Source of the DNA: Macrostomum hystrix
Taxonomy: Eukaryota > Animalia > Platyhelminthes
NCBI GenBank assembly: GCA_950097015.1
Contig: CATNEN010000003.1
Location: 1,240,001-1,304,000 of the forward strand
Length of the DNA: 64,000 nucleotides
Direction: 5' to 3'
Shown here: one piece after another, positions 9,752-24,772 of the stretch
Numbering within the stretch: position 1 is the stretch's first letter
How the letters are laid out: every line of letters begins with the position of its first letter
The notes under the pieces: model-generated
Databases searched by the model: none
What the model was told of the DNA's origin: nothing
Seen by the model: only the letters and a program-made list of their open reading frames with translations
Position numbers and translations under genes: made by a program

Positions 9752-10625
9752 GTTGAGTGTAGACTAAATTTCTGTCATCTAAAACAAAAGCCACTTATCC
9801 TTTCACAAGCTACGGTCAGCTTAATGAACCCGATTTTGTGTTCTGTACTAAGTTTTTTCCTTTAATAGCATTTCAAATATGTGCTCGTAAATTGTAAATC
9901 ATTGAAAAGTCTTTCTGCGAACCTTCTACAATAAAGTTTTATTTGTGCGTTAATAAATTCGCAGAGTTGTAGAATTTAATTTAGGATTAAATTTTTTCGA
10001 AATAAAATACGACTAAATCGAATTGAGAGCATCGAATGCCACGTTAGCAACCTCGGTTATTTCCTTGTACACTACGCTACTCACGAGTAGGCTAGTTGCA
10101 TAAAGCTGTTATTGTTTATGTTTTTTACTAAATAATACGAAATTATAGTGCAGTGCTTAGGTATTTTGATTTCGAAATTACTAAATTAGCAATTAATCGC
10201 ATTTTTCTACAAAGGATTTAGATATAAACTGAACTCGGTCTAAAAAACACTTTAGCAACTGAAGGTCAAATTAAGCCGGTAGTGAAGGCGTTGCAGCCGA
10301 GATATAAATACGAGTACTATTTATAGGTGGGGATTCGCGTTAACAATTTTTGTTACGCTTTAACAGAGCACCATTTATAGGTTAACAGAACTTAACAGAA
10401 CTTAACAGAATTAACAGAACACGAATTTCTGGAACAATAATCATGTCGCTTCATCTGCCCACTTAGTACTAAAACAGACGGCAAATGGGCGGTATCATAT
10501 TCCAAAGCTAATATGGGCCACCATAGTTAAAGCGTAACAAAATATAGAACAAAATGTTAAACTTTTAAGCACACAACAGACGTCCTCATTTTTTGTAGCA
10601 AAATCCAACGCGCACGGAATTGAGT

Positions 10626-12782
10626 TCATTTCTTAGCACTCGTAGCATCGAGCAGCTTTTCAAGCTCGTCAGCGATTTCCCGGGCTAGCGTCTTTGTCCT
10701 CAGGTCCAGTTCCTGCTGCTCCGCCGAGTTCTTAGAATAAAGACTTCGCTTGGATCTTTGTCGATAGTAGTCCATCGACTGCTCCAGCAGCCTCAGCGCT
10801 GATCCCGAGGACTGCTCACTTCTGCCCTCCATCGCCTGCTGCTCAAAGAAGTCCATCAGTCGAAGCGTTGCTGTCGTCAGCGGCGCTACGAAGATCCGGG
10901 CTAGACGCGCCGACTCGGCAAACACGGGCACGACGCTCGCTCCGGTGCTTGTCGACGCTCGAGAGCGCAGCAACCGAAGGCCTTCCAAAAAGCGCTCCTC
11001 CGCATTGCGAGCTTGAAATGCGTCGGACAGACAGGCAGCGTAGCGAGATACAACCTCCCGTGCGGCCCAGCAAGCGCTGTAGGACTGGTCCGCTAGTTGC
11101 GACAACTTTTCGTCGCTGTAACGCAAAAATCCGTACATAAAGAAAAAAAGCATTGTTAATTTTTTTACTAACATCAATGTTGTCGAATTACCAGACCAAC
11201 TCGGTGTCTCTGCAATCCGCGGCCAGGCAGTCGCCTAGCCTGAGCACGAATTTTAACATACGAACTAGTCGCCTGACTGGGCCCTCTTTTGAGCCAGACT
11301 CGAAATTGTCGAGGGCGCGAGCCTCTTCGGTTGCCAAGCGCAGCAGTCTGGGCCGACTCAAACCAAACAGAAGGTGGCCGTGAAGCACTCGGTCGCTATC
11401 AGATAAACTCGATGCCTTTTCACGCGAGTTCAAAAGCGACCGTTGAGTCAGAATGACCGGTAGACCGAATTGCAGATTGATAGTGACCTGTCTCTCTCTT
11501 GCTTTTAGACCTGCATCGGGTGTGTCGCGCCAGATTAGGCAAAGCTGAATAGATTTTGGCCGTGAGTGGTCGATATCATCGCTTCCCGGGTCAGCTAGCT
11601 GCGATGCTCCTGCACTCTTGAGCTCGAGACTCGACTCGCCAGAACCTTGTCCTGCCTGCTGGATGGATTTCAACTCGTCCAGAAGCTGCACTGCGCGGTG
11701 TAGAACTGCGCGCTCGATGGTTGAGATGCACGCCTGAAGAGGAGTGTATTCGGTCCATGAATATTAGGCTCCTTTTATTTCCTCGATTGGATTTCTACTT
11801 TACACTACTAAACTACGGAGTTTTTTGCACTATTTGCTCTAACTAGTGAACTAGTTGTACGCACCTGATGGAGACTAGTCTCAAAGTCCACCGACTCAGT
11901 CGACCGATGAACGGCTAGCACATTGGCGCCGTGGCTTCTAGGGCGCAGTCGACACAAGCAGACACGGTTTGTGCGCCGCCACTGCGGCAAGCACAGGATA
12001 AAGTCCAGCGTACACGATGCAGCCAATGAGGACGACTCCATGTCTTTGTCGTCTTCAGGTACAACCAGAGCAGTATCTTGAGCCCAGTCTCCAACAAGCT
12101 CCGCCGTGGCACCGTCAAATACGATTGGCAGTTCAGAGGCCAAGCACTCCGCTAGCTGGTCTAGAAGCCGTTGGGCATCGTGTCGAACTTGCCGCATGGT
12201 GCCATCCAACGGTGAGACGAGTCGCGAGCTTAGCAACGCATAGGCCGCGCTATCGTGCGTCAGTAGGCGCGCGGTCATGCGAGCTCGCTCCAGCGGTGTG
12301 AGTTCTGCAGACGGATTTGTCAGTAGTTCCTCAGATTCCAAGAGCCATTGGGCAGTGTCACGGCTGGTTATTCTTGAGCCGTCACCGCAAGCTTGACAAA
12401 CAGCTCGACCAATCCCTGGCTTTGAGAAGCGTTGCAGTCGGCTTTCAAAATTGCGCAACTGCTCCCAGCTCCTATCGCGCACGCTTTCACTTCCCGAATC
12501 GATTTCACTGTCTCCAAGCTTTTCTAGTTCAGAGGTGTCGCTGCCTTCCTTTATGCCATTTAGCGCATCGTCCAGTATTTCCTGTTGATTGTCCACTGGC
12601 TGATGGGTCGGCTTCTCGTACACCCCATCGTCATCCTCCGTTGTCAAGAAATGATTAGATAACTCCGGTGTTTTTCGCAAGTCTATGATTGGCTTCAAGA
12701 CAGGTATTAACTTGCCGTCATAAAGAGCTTGGGATCTTGTTCCGTTCAATTGGCTTGTATCTCGGCTCATAGCCGCTAGCAT
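10626..12782 (-). CDS. Uncharacterised ~649-aa protein, possibly a degenerate Mab-21/cGAS-like nucleotidyltransferase fold
   Basis: Three phase-compatible exons: 12782-11865, 11733-11192, 11115-10626, with GT/AG sites. The gene model is good; the family call rests on weak motif resemblance (IVFDGATAE..TLDFIL; VTINLQFGL; LRLATEEARAL..RRLVRMLK). Confidence 0.65.
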
Positions 12783-15700
12783 TGTGAATGTTTTAAGGAA
12801 ATTTTGCAGAAAGAAAATTTAAGGCTTGAGCGTTTTTCTACGAATTTTTAGCAACTCATTTAGCGTATATATATAACAACAATGCCTGTGGGTATTTTGA
12901 CCTCTCTCGGCCACTCAGTGTAGGTAAATTGAGCTTCTGGTTCTGGTCAGTAACAAATCAAGCACAATTTGAGTACATTTTGTCGATTCATAGCTGCCCG
13001 TCATTAATTGTAGAGGCTTCTGAGCACATTGCTAATTGAAACAATGAGTAAGGCTTTATTCTCCAACTGTCATAACCCCCTGCTAGGCACAGGTTCGTGA
13101 AGAGAATTCCATGCGCAAATTTGAGTGTCGCACGCTGTTTAGGACTAAACAATGGCCTACTATGAATATTGTGTGCCAAATAAATTGAGATTTTAATAGA
13201 GAAAATATGGAAATTACACAATTTCAGAGCTGCAAGTGGAGATGACCCCTATTATTCTTTTTGTTGTTTTGCAGAGTCAGAAACTCGGTTTATTTAGTTC
13301 TCGCAAAAATATCACTTCGATAAAGCATGCAGGGTCTGGCAAAGGAAATTGTTGTTATTCCAATAGAAAGCTTTTTTTTCCTGTGCAACGAATGCACCCA
13401 AGAAGAAGACATGGTCCCGTGCAGGAAGGGTCGATTTCAGTGTTTTATTTGTTAATAATGCAATGATCTTGTCCATCAGCTGCCATCGGCGGCGGCTTTT
13501 TAACTTTTAAGGATGAAGTGGCACAACCATGGCCTGAACAAGCGAGCGCACATGCACTGTATACGATTTTGAGGCTTCGCTTAAAATTTCGTGACAAGAA
13601 AAGGGCTTTTCAGCTTTTCAAATGAATAGCAAGACAATACTAAAGCAAGTGCGCAAAATATACTACTTAGCAGCATTTCGGCACTATACGAAAATTGAGA
13701 GTTCTTAAAATCCGTTTTCACATTTATAAATAACACAGGTCCCAAGCGTTGACTTGACTTTAGCTTTGCGCAGTGGCAGTACCGTAACCAATGAGGTTTA
13801 CCCGAGGTGCGGTTATTGCTAGTTGAAAACTATACCCAATACCCCGCACAGGATGCGTGAAATACCGTAGCCTAGTGCAATATTTGAGGGCTCTTATCAT
13901 GGAGCCAAAATGAAATAAAAAATGAAATCCAACCCGCTTCCATATGGAGTACACTTTGGTAACCAAAACTGTGCGACAGCGTGGAGACACAGGCAAGATA
14001 TTAAATGGCCTGCTAATTAAATGCTTTGAGACTTCTGTATTAAGATGCAATAACCATTGAAAAATTTTGCTTAATATGTGAATAATTTTTTTACTTTCGA
14101 TCGATTTTTTTAATCTAAATAGTTTAATCCTTTAATTTCGATTATATGCACCTAGGACCCTTCTTATCGGAGGGACGCTTAGCCCGCCGAACTAATATAT
14201 ATATATATATCATTAAAATATCAGTATAGAATATAGCTTATGTATAATTAAACCCCAGATAACTTAAAATAAGAAAAAAATAACTCGAAAGCTGTTATTA
14301 TGAGTGCAGGTCTAAAAGTTTTTCATTATTATTTTTAAAGTTCATTCAAGTCATAACCTCAATCAAATGAACTAGAAAAAAACTAGTTGATAAGTGCTCA
14401 TAGTTTGTGGCCGCAATGTCAGCCCTGTGTTGCAGAGTTGCGCAGCGCCATCAAACGTGTAATTACGATTGACCCAATTTAATTAGCATAATCTGATGAA
14501 GTTAAACTATGCAATAACATTCGTAAGCCTTTAAAATTTTTAATTTTATATATAAAGAATAGATATCTGCAAGATTTCTAGTTTAAATATAGTAAAGAGC
14601 AGTTCAAATGCTATCTAGCTTAATAAAGATGTTACCTTTGTTTATACACATAACCTTCCGGAATAACCAAAAAGTGAGCTTTAAAGTGATTTTTAAACGA
14701 ACCTTTCCAGTTCCACGTGACAGACAAGATTCGCAGATTAGCTTAATAAATGCTGTGAAATACACATAGGAAGATGAAAATAAAAAACCAAATGCTCTGA
14801 TTTGTCTTGAATTTTACTTATATAAACTTAAAACCTACGACTAACAATAGTTATAATATTATCTAGTAGGCCCTAACAATCAATTGTTTTATGTAGTGTA
14901 GCTAGTTTTACAAACAATTATGTAATCGTCATGGGGATGGCAAAAGTGTTGGGATAGCGTCTTATCTTTTCGGTTCTAAAGCGTTCAAAATTATCACTAT
15001 TATTTTGCCTGGCTGAGTAACATATATTACCTTTACTGGTTATAGTTACAATGTAAACCTATTGATGTATTGTAATGGGCCACTCTTGACTGTTTGCTTG
15101 CCTATAATAATAATATTATTATAAGTCTGTGTAGGCCTGCCCTAGATTAACAAGTGCCGCTTAAACCTGCTATGGCTAGACATGTGCCAAAGCTAGTCAG
15201 GAAGGTGGCACAGTGTTTGCTGGAACAAATTTTGGAAAGATAATGTGATAAAGACAGCAGTGATTGTGCTGTCTGTGCAACACCTGGCAACCTTTTTGTT
15301 AGGCCCTATAAAAAATAATCATTGTAGAAGTTATTAATCCCTTTTATTGATCACCCACCATGTCATTTACTTGTCTAATGTATGGACAGTACAGTTTAAA
15401 ATAATTAGTATACTTGAAGAATGATGGAGTGACATTGACAGACCTGAATGAATGAGATAAGAAAAGTTTGACAAATGATATATATTATTTTTGTGCAATG
15501 TGTGCCTAGGGACCTCAGTGTGTGTGCACTGTGATTGTGCACCAAGCCTACCATGGACCCTTGTGTGAATTTTCCATGGCATAGGCCACTATCCTAACTA
15601 TCATACTATGGGGCATATGAGTCTGACATCAGTTTCATCAATATTAGATAGGGCCTATTGTAGCCTATTCTTCACTATGCCTAGACCTACTTCAGTTTTT

Positions 15701-16839
15701 TAGAAAGCAAAAGCTAATAGCCAGGTCATCATAACTATCAATTAGGGTATATTATTATTGATATGATAGGCCCCCTATTAATTATTATAGGGTAATGTAT
15801 CATCAACCAAACAAGAATGTGTATTTTTTTAACTTCAAACCTAACCTACAGATTTCTATTTAAGATGTGGTGATAAATCAAAAGCCAAGTTATAGAAAAC
15901 AGTTACATCTTTCTAAAAAGTATCTGCTTTTGCTATTTTATCAAATAAAAAAAAGTTATTCCTGCTTATTATCTAAAACCAAACAATGATTTTCATGGAT
16001 CTTCAAACCAAACAGAATTTGATGTTTGGTTTTACAATTTGAGTGAGTGGTTTAATCTTATTTTAAGGAGTGAACTATCATGAATTATGTAATTTGAAAG
16101 CATTTTTCATGCTCTTTAAATAACTACATTTATGGTCATTTAATTGGCAAGCAACCATATACAATCTTCGTCTAAAGTACATAGGCCTACTGAAAAAATG
16201 TTGTTAAAAAGTATGCTTTTGTAATAAAAATTTCTAATGAAACATCAATATCTTTCTTTCCTCTTAATGCTTCATTGCACATCATGCCTCAGCTTGTAGA
16301 TAATTTCTTCAACTTTCAAATTAGTTGTTCTGTGAAACACAATAGCTTGTTTCTGTCTTGCATAAGACCAAGGAAGAAGTCAGCATTCTTGTTCAGTTTT
16401 GAAGATACACTGTTCGGTTGATGATTCAATACCCTAATCTAAGCATAAGCTATTGTATTGGCGTATTAGTATTAATGTTATATTATTTACCTTAGCTTAA
16501 CTATACCTAGCAAACTGTAGGCTATAGCTAGCTTATCTCTTGTCTCATTTTTCTGTGACTACAACTGTAAACTGTATACATAGCTAAACCTAGAATAGAT
16601 TATACCAATAATTGTTGGAGGCTAAATATCTGATAAACAGTTAATTAGGCCCTATAGCTAAATTATAAGTTTCATCAAGAGGTTAGATTAGAAAAAAACT
16701 TTTCTTTTTCAAAAGCAAATAGCCTTTGCTCTTTTAATAATAGATTAATGTTCATTAGATTAATTCATTATTGTCACAAGCATATAAAGCCAAGTATAGC
16801 CAAGGCCAATTTGGTTTGGTAAACCTAGACTATATTATA

Positions 16840-17568
16840 CAAGGTGCGGTTAAGTTCAAGTGAGACAGTCTCGGCAGCCTTGTTATTTAACACTTTAGAG
16901 GAAAGCAGATGATTTATTCTGAAAGAGCATGCATTTTAACATACAATTAGCAAAGCTTCAGTTAAAAAACTAGCAACAACTGTACGCTTTCTCATTGAAC
17001 AAAAGTACAGGTCAAGAGACCCAAAAAATGGGGTACTATTACCCAGAAATATTGGATGTTCTTGTTGCTTCTTTAATTTTCTAAATGTCAATGTCATAAA
17101 AGGTCTCATCTTCGTCCTCTGCTATCTTCGAGCCCTTCTTGACGTAGTTGCCCTTCATCTCGACATACTTCTTGAGCCACTTGCTCCACTTGTCAAAGGC
17201 TGAGGCAAAGGCACCTGGCGAAAGGCAGCTGCAGGCTCGCTCCCACTCCACCTTGATGGTGTCTCCGCTGATGGAGATGCCCCCCAACTCCCCCTTGATT
17301 GTTGGGAAGAGGAAATAGTCAGCTGGCGCCAGGTCTGGGGAGTAGGGAGGATGAGGGACAACCTGTTAGGCTGCTCTGCCATTTTTGGGTTCTTGTGGCT
17401 GATGCACTCTATCAAGTTGTAGCTAAGGCAGAAGTCAAAGAAAAAACTGATTTTTTGTCACTGATTGTCTATTAGTCTAGCTAAAATATGAAACACTTTA
17501 ACAAAGATGATCAGGTGGGATTTGCCATAGATATTGCATTTGTCTCACTTGAACTTGACTGCACCTTG
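16840..17568 (-). mobile_element. Internally deleted mariner (Tc1/mariner) element
   Basis: 28-bp TIRs caaggtgcggttaagttcaagtgagaca (2 mismatches), TA on both flanks; minus strand encodes VVPHPPYSPDLAPADYFLFP..W.KYVEMKGNYV, the transposase C-terminus only. Confidence 0.93.
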
Positions 17569-18844
17569 TACATTATAGTATATACAAATAGCTAAGCACC
17601 TAGGCCCTTTTATACACTGAACAATTTGTATAAATTAAAAAAATTAAAGTTGTGTTCTTTTAATAGATAAGTAACTTCAGAAGCCATTTCTTTATCTAGG
17701 ACTATTATATTGGGGCCTACTTATATAGGAAGTGACATTTTTAGTATGCTCTATTAGGAATTTTTATGCTTCTTATGAGAAAAAGTCTAGTCACAACATT
17801 TCACCAGGTATTTCACCAAATATTGTTGCAACTGCATGTTCTAGCTAAAATTCTACCCCTTGATAAATTAACTAGTCCAAGTACTTTTTCATATTTAACA
17901 ATAAAGTGTGCTCTCTGCTTTGTTGCTGCTTTTTTGAATATTCAGATTTTATAAATTTGCTTGACCCTTGCAACCCAAAATTCCAAAAAACCAGAACTCT
18001 AGCCAATATAGGTTATAGTGTATTCTCCATATATCTATTGTATTTCTTATATGCCAATAAGCCAAATATAAACATCTATTAGGATCCTTGTCATCATCTT
18101 TCTATAATCCTCAATGTATTTCACAGAAAATCCACATATTTGCAAAGAATGTAAATTCATAGCAAAAGCTCAATTCAAGCTTTAAAAAACTCTAAACTGA
18201 ATTAGCTAAAATATGCCTTCTGTTCTTCTCGCCCCTTGCATGATATTATTTTCATTTCTAACATTCTTCTACTCTGCGGCCTTCCTAAAACTGTGTGAGT
18301 CTGCCTCATCATACTTATTTACAATCCTTATACATACTCATGGCTCAAGAGATAGTCTTTTGTTTAGTTTTAGCTGATAATTATCTAACGAAGTTATAGT
18401 GTTACATGCTGAAATTATTGATTAGTACAATGTAATTTGTTTATAAAAGGCAATTTTTCACTTCTAGATGGCAATATTTGACTATTTTATGTATTCACTT
18501 TTTTTAGTCTTTTTTGTTTAAAATGTGACTAGCTTCTATGTGTAGCTGCATGAGCTAGGTTGCTGTATGACAAAAACATTTTAGAGCTAATGCTGACTAA
18601 ATTCATATATCTCAGAGGGCCAATCAGTAAGTGCATATTATAAGTCATATTTAGTATGCTAAGTATTTTATAAAGTACCATTTTATGTCCTTTTCAGCTC
18701 TCTACATCAGTTGCACTTATTTCAAAACCCAAGTACTCTTCAATTCTTCAAGTTTGTCATCAATTTCGGCTCGCTCTAAAGCAAACGCAGAATCATTTGG
18801 AAGAAACTGTAGTGAAAGGGTCTAGAAAAAGTGCCAATTTGTAA

Positions 18845-20150
18845 ATGACTGATCGCTTGCGCACTGGCGCGGTTCACACGCCAGCCAGTTCTGCGGCCGC
18901 CAATCAGGACGCCGGTATACCGACAGCTTTCCAGCAGCACCAGCAGTTTCATCTGCATCAGCAGCAGCACCAGCAGCAGCCGCACCCAGCTATCATCGAT
19001 CCAGCAATCTATGCTGCCGGTGCCATCACCAATGATAAACGCTGGGTTGGCGGTCTCGGCGGCGGTAACGGCGCCTCATTTGAAGCGGCTGGCGATTTGG
19101 ACTTCGCTGCCAGATTCGGCCGACTGCACATCTGGGATCAGGGTGGTGGCGGCGGCGGCGGCCCGAAGATTGCCACCAGCGCAGCCTGGGGCGAACCGAC
19201 TGGATCATCTACAGACGCTGCCGTTGTCGCCTCTTGGCCTTCCTCGCCGCCGCCGATCCCTCAGCAGCAGCAGCAGCAAATGTATCAACAAAGGCGCCAC
19301 GTGATGCAGCAGCAGACCCACCCGGGCCTTGGCGGTGGCAGCGGAAGCAGCGAGCACGCCATCTCGCAGCCCATCGATGTTGGCGGAGGCCGTCGCGGCG
19401 GCGCCGGTGGTTTTGCCGGCAGTCTCGGCGGCGGTCCGGGTAGCTCTTCGGCAGCCTTTCAGGTAAGCTCTTGAGAATTAGTTTTTTACTCTTCTCTATA
19501 GCACAAAATAGTCTTGAATTTCCTGTGCTTCATTCTGTTTAGGACGCCCTGTCGCCAAATAGCAAAGACCTCATCGCGATGGGACTCCAGGTGGTTGACC
19601 AGGTGTTGGAGAGCGGCTCGCCCCTTGCTAGCGTCGGTCGTCATCCACTGCATCACTTCCAGCAGCAGCAACCGAATAGCCTTGGCAACGGCATAGCAAC
19701 TGGTCCGATGCATCCGGCTAATGATTATGGAAACCTGATGGACCAGCAGCAAACCCACTATGGCGATCTACAGCGGCACTACCTGGCCCAGCAGCAACAC
19801 CAGGCCGCTGCTTATGCCGGATCATTTATGCCCTCCACGCCCGAAGCTGGCGAGCTCGGCCTGTTTGAGCAGCATCATCACCTGCTCACCCAGACTCCGC
19901 CGCCTACTCACCTGCATCATCAGCAGCAGCATCACATCCTGTTCTCACCGCCGCCATCTCAGCCTCCTATTGGACCACCTGGGCCTCATCATCATTTGCA
20001 GCATTCGTTCAGTCCGTTCGGCGAACCGCAGCAGCAGCAGCAGCAGAATCACCACCAAATGCCTCAGGCGCCGTCAACTCCAACGGGGCCATATCAGCAG
20101 CAGCCGCCCTATATGGCTTCTTATAATTATTCTTTCCAGCAGATTTTTGT

Positions 20151-20189
<39 letters not shown>

Positions 20190-23100
20190 GCAGCAGACTG
20201 GACAATCCGGCCTCACCGACTCCCCTTATCCTGCGCATCCGTCAATGTTTGACTACTTCAGCTCATCGCCGCCAGCTCACCCGCCTCCAATCTCAATGCC
20301 GCCGCTGCATCCTCATAATCCTTCAAGTGTGCAGCCTCCGATGATGCAGATGTTCGGCCCTGCCGTGACGCAGCCTCCGCCCCTGACGCATCATCATCTG
20401 CAGCAGCAGCAGCAGCATTCGCAATACGCCAGATCTACGGCAACACCGGTTCATTTGATGTCACGGGTTGGCGGTGGCGGAGGTGCAAAAGATCCTTCCG
20501 CTAGCAACGCTGCCGCCGCCACAGCAGCAGCGGCAGCGGCGGCTGCAGCTGGGCGATCGCGTCTGTTGGAAGATTTTCGTCAGAATCGAGTACCGAATCT
20601 GAATTTGAAGGATCTTGTGGGACACGTGGTGGAGTTTGCTCAGGTTTGTGTGCTTTTGAGGTTCTGGGAAATTTGTTTTGGATAACTTTAGGAATATAAA
20701 AAGATAATCTCATCTAAAGTGTATTTTTTGTTATATCAAAACTCTGATTCTAAACCCAAGATTCTTATCCCAGTCCACATTTTTAATCCTAATTCCTACG
20801 ATTCTAATCCCGCTCCCAATGGTTAAAAACCTAATACCTGTGAATCTAATCCCCAATCCCTATGATTCTAATCCCCAATCCATATGATTCTAATCCCAAT
20901 CCATGATTCTAATCCCAATCCCTATCCTTCTAATCCCCAATCCATATGATTCTAATCCCAATCCATATCCTTCTAATCCCCAATCCTTTGATTTTAATCC
21001 CCAATCCCTATGATTCTAATCCTTAATCCCTATCTTTCTAATCCTATTCCATTAGATTTTTATCGCAGAATTCTTATCACTAAAACGTGGCATTCTAATT
21101 CCCAATTGATGTGATTGTAACCCCTAACTTATGGGTTTCTAATTCTGATCCTCAACCATAGAAGCTCCATCCCAAAAACTGCCATTCTAATCCCAAAGCC
21201 TAGAGTTGTTGTGCCAAAACTGACGAATCAGCATCTTAATCTCATTGTTACTCTCTTCCCAGGATCAGCACGGATCGCGGTTCATTCAACAGAAGCTGGA
21301 ATCAGCTGGCCCGCCAGACAAGACGCTGGTATTCAGCGAGCTTCTGCCGCAGGTGTACAGCCTGATGACAGACGTGTTTGGCAACTATGTTATACAGAAG
21401 TTCTTCGAGTTCGGCACACCTGAACAGCGGCATATCCTAGCCCAGAGATTGCGCGGTCAGGTTCTGTCGCTGGCTTTGCAAATGTACGGCTGCCGGGTGA
21501 TTCAGAAGGCTTTGGAATCCGTGCCCACCGAGCTGCAAGTGGAAATTGCCCGGGAGTTGGATGGCCACGTGTTGAAGTGCGTCAAGGATCAGAATGGCAA
21601 TCACGTGGTGCAGAAGTGTATTGAATGCGTGGAGCCTAATAGTTTGAACTTTATAATTGACGCGTTCAGGGAACAGGTGAGCTGTCAATTGGGGATAAAG
21701 GTGCGACCCGCTTTGAAATCAGGGGATAAAAATTAGGATCCAAAATAATACGACGGTAGTTTGTAGATAGATACGGGAGTAGAAATTAGCACCCTTAACT
21801 GTTAGTCTGTTAGGGGTTATAATTGACATCCTGAACAGTCAGAGGCGTAGAATTGACATCCTGAACTATCAGGGGGGCAGAATTGACATCCTGAACTATC
21901 AGGGGGGCAGAATTGACATCCTGAACTATCAGGGGGGGCAGAATTGACATCCTGAACTATCAGGGGGGCAGAATTGACACCCTGAGCTGTCAGGGGGGTA
22001 GAATTGACATCCTGAACTATCAGGGGGTAGAATTGACATCCTGAACTATCAGGGGGGCAGAATTGACATCCTGAACTATCAGGGGGGTAGAATTGACATC
22101 CTGAACTGGCAGGGGGGTAGAATTGACATCCTGAGCTGTCAGGGGGTTGAATTGACATCCTGAACTATCAGGGGGTAGAATTGACATCCTGAACTATCAG
22201 GGGGGCAGAATTGACATCCTGAACTATCAAGGGGGTAGAATTGACATCCTGAACTGGCAGGGGGGTAGAATTGACATCCTGAACAGTCAGGGGGTAGAAT
22301 TGACATCCTGAATAGTCAGAGGGGTAGAATTGACATCCTGAACTGTCAGGGGGTAGAATTGACATTCTGAACTGTCAGGGGGGTAGAATTGACATCCTGA
22401 ACTGTCAGGGGGGGTAGAATTGACATCCTGAACTATCAAGGGTGGCATTGACATCTTAAACAATTAGGAAGCCATATAATTATCACAATTATAATGCTAT
22501 AGGCTACCCTAAAGCGAAGTCAAGTACTAAAGTGTAGAACTATGAACTATTTGATAAACTCATTAATCCACCTGGCTCGCAGGTGCTGGCGCTGTCCACT
22601 CATCCGTACGGCTGTCGGGTTATTCAGCGCATTCTTGAGCACTGCAAAGCCAGCCAGACTCAGCCAATCTTGGACGAATTGCATCAGTACACTGAGCGAC
22701 TAGTGCAGGATCAGTACGGAAATTATGTTATTCAGGTGAGACTCGTGCACCTGAGACCAATTTCTTTAATAAATGCTACCCTGACCTGAAACTATCTCCC
22801 TATTCCCTGAATCAAATGCTACCCTGACCTGAAACTATCCCCCTATTCCCTGAATCAAATGCTACACTGACCTGAAACTATCTCCCTATTCCCTGAATCA
22901 AATGCTACCCTGACCTGAAACTATCCCCCTATTCCCTGAATCAAATGCTACACTGACCTGAAACTATCTCCCTATTCCCTGAATCAAATGCTACACTGAC
23001 CTGAAACTATCCCCCATTCCGTGAATCAAATGCTGCACTGACCTGAAACTATCCCCCTATTCCCTGAACCAAATGCTGCACTGACCTGAAACTATCCCCC

Positions 23101-24772
23101 TATTCCCTGAACCAAATGCTGCACTGACCTGAAACTATCCCCCTATTCCCTGAACCAAATGCTACACTGACCTGAAACTATCCCCCTATTCCCTGAACCA
23201 AATGCTACACTAACCTGAAACTATCCCCCTATTCCCTGAACCAAATGCTACACTGACCTGAAACTATCCCCCTATTCCCTGAATCAAATGCTACCCTGAC
23301 CTGAAACTATCCCCCTATTCCCTGAATCAAATGCTACACTGACCTGAAACTATCCCCCTATTCCCTGAATCAAATGCTACACTAACCTGAAACTATCCCC
23401 CTATTCCCTGAATCAAATGCTACACTAACCTGAAACTATCCCCCTATTCCCTGAACCAAATGCTGCACTGACCTGAAACTATCCCCCTATTCCCTGAACC
23501 AAATGCTGCACTGACCTGAAACTATCCCCCTATTCCCTGAACCAAATGCTACACTGACCTGAAACTATCCCCCTATTCCCTGAACCAAATGCTACACTAA
23601 CCTGAAACTATCCCCCTATTCCCTGAACCAAATGCTACACTGACCTGAAACTATCCCCCTATTCCCTGAATCAAATGCTATACTGACCTGAAACTATCCC
23701 CCTATTCCCTGAATCAAATGCTGCACTGACCTGAAACTATCCCCCTATTCCCTGAATCAAATGCTACACTAACCTGAAACTATCCCCCTATTCCCTGAAT
23801 CAAATGCTACACTAACCTGAAACTATCCCCCTATTCCCTGAATCAAATGCTACACTGACCTGAAACTATCCCCCTATTCCCTGAACCAAATGCTGCACTG
23901 ACCTGAAACTATCCCCCTATTCCCTGAACCAAATGCTACACTGACCTGAAACTATCCCCCTATTCCCTGAATCAAATGCTATACTGACCTGAAACTATCC
24001 CCCTATTCCCTGAATCAAATGCTGCACTGACCTGAAACTATCCCCCTATTCCCTGAATCAAATGCTACACTAACCTGAAACTATCCCCCTATTCCCTGAA
24101 TCAAATGCTACACTAACCTGAAACTATCCCCCTATTCCCTGAATCAAATGCTCCACTGACCTGAAACTATCTCCCTATTCCCTGAATCAAATGCTGCACT
24201 GACCTGAAACTATCCCCCTATTCCCTGAATCAAATGCTACCCTGACCTGAAACTATCCCCCGATTCGCTGACACAAACTTACTGAAATGCTGCAGCACGT
24301 GTTGGAGCACGGCAAGCCGGAGGATAAGACCCGCATCATTAACCTGCTGCGCGGCAAATTCATCGCCCTATCATCGCACAAATTCGCCAGCAATGTGGTC
24401 GAGAAAGTGGTTGCCCACTCTAGTCGCCAGGAACGGCAGGCTCTGATCACAGAGATTCTGGATGACCCGGATCCGCAGTCTCTGTACAACATGATGAAGG
24501 ACCAATTCGCTAATTACGTCATCCAGCGCATGCTAGACGCCGCAGATCCATCTCAGCGCAAGACTCTCATGCTGCGCATCCGTCCGCACATTCCCGGCCT
24601 TAGAAAGTTTACCTACGGCAAGCACATCATTGCCAAGATTGAGAAATATTTTCAGAAATCCGGCGCTACAACCGACGGCGCGCCTGGAGGCGACCCAGAT
24701 GGCCTGGCTAATAGCGGCCAATCTAGCGGTAATAGCAGTCTGAATAACAGCCTTAACAATGGCCGAATGTGA
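18845..24772 (+). CDS. pum: Pumilio / PUF RNA-binding protein (~920 aa)
   Basis: Exons 18845-19462, 19543-20643, 21263-21676, 22583-22735, 24296-24772 (all phase 0). Eight PUF repeats with canonical recognition triplets SRQ, NYQ, CRQ, NHQ, CRQ, NYQ, SNE, NYQ; RSRLLEDFR and YGKHIIAK caps; N-terminal [21 protein letters not shown] conserved motif. Confidence 0.97.
20750..21200. repeat. Degenerate ~21-bp C-rich minisatellite, Pumilio intron 2
   Basis: Repeated attctaatccccaatcc(c/a)tatg. Confidence 0.85.
21820..22460. repeat. ~30-bp minisatellite with G5-G7 runs, Pumilio intron 3
   Basis: agaattgacatcctgaactatcaggggggc. Confidence 0.95.
22771..24262. repeat. 43-bp minisatellite filling Pumilio intron 4
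   Basis: aaatgctacactgacctgaaactatccccctattccctgaatc, ~35 copies. Confidence 0.96.
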
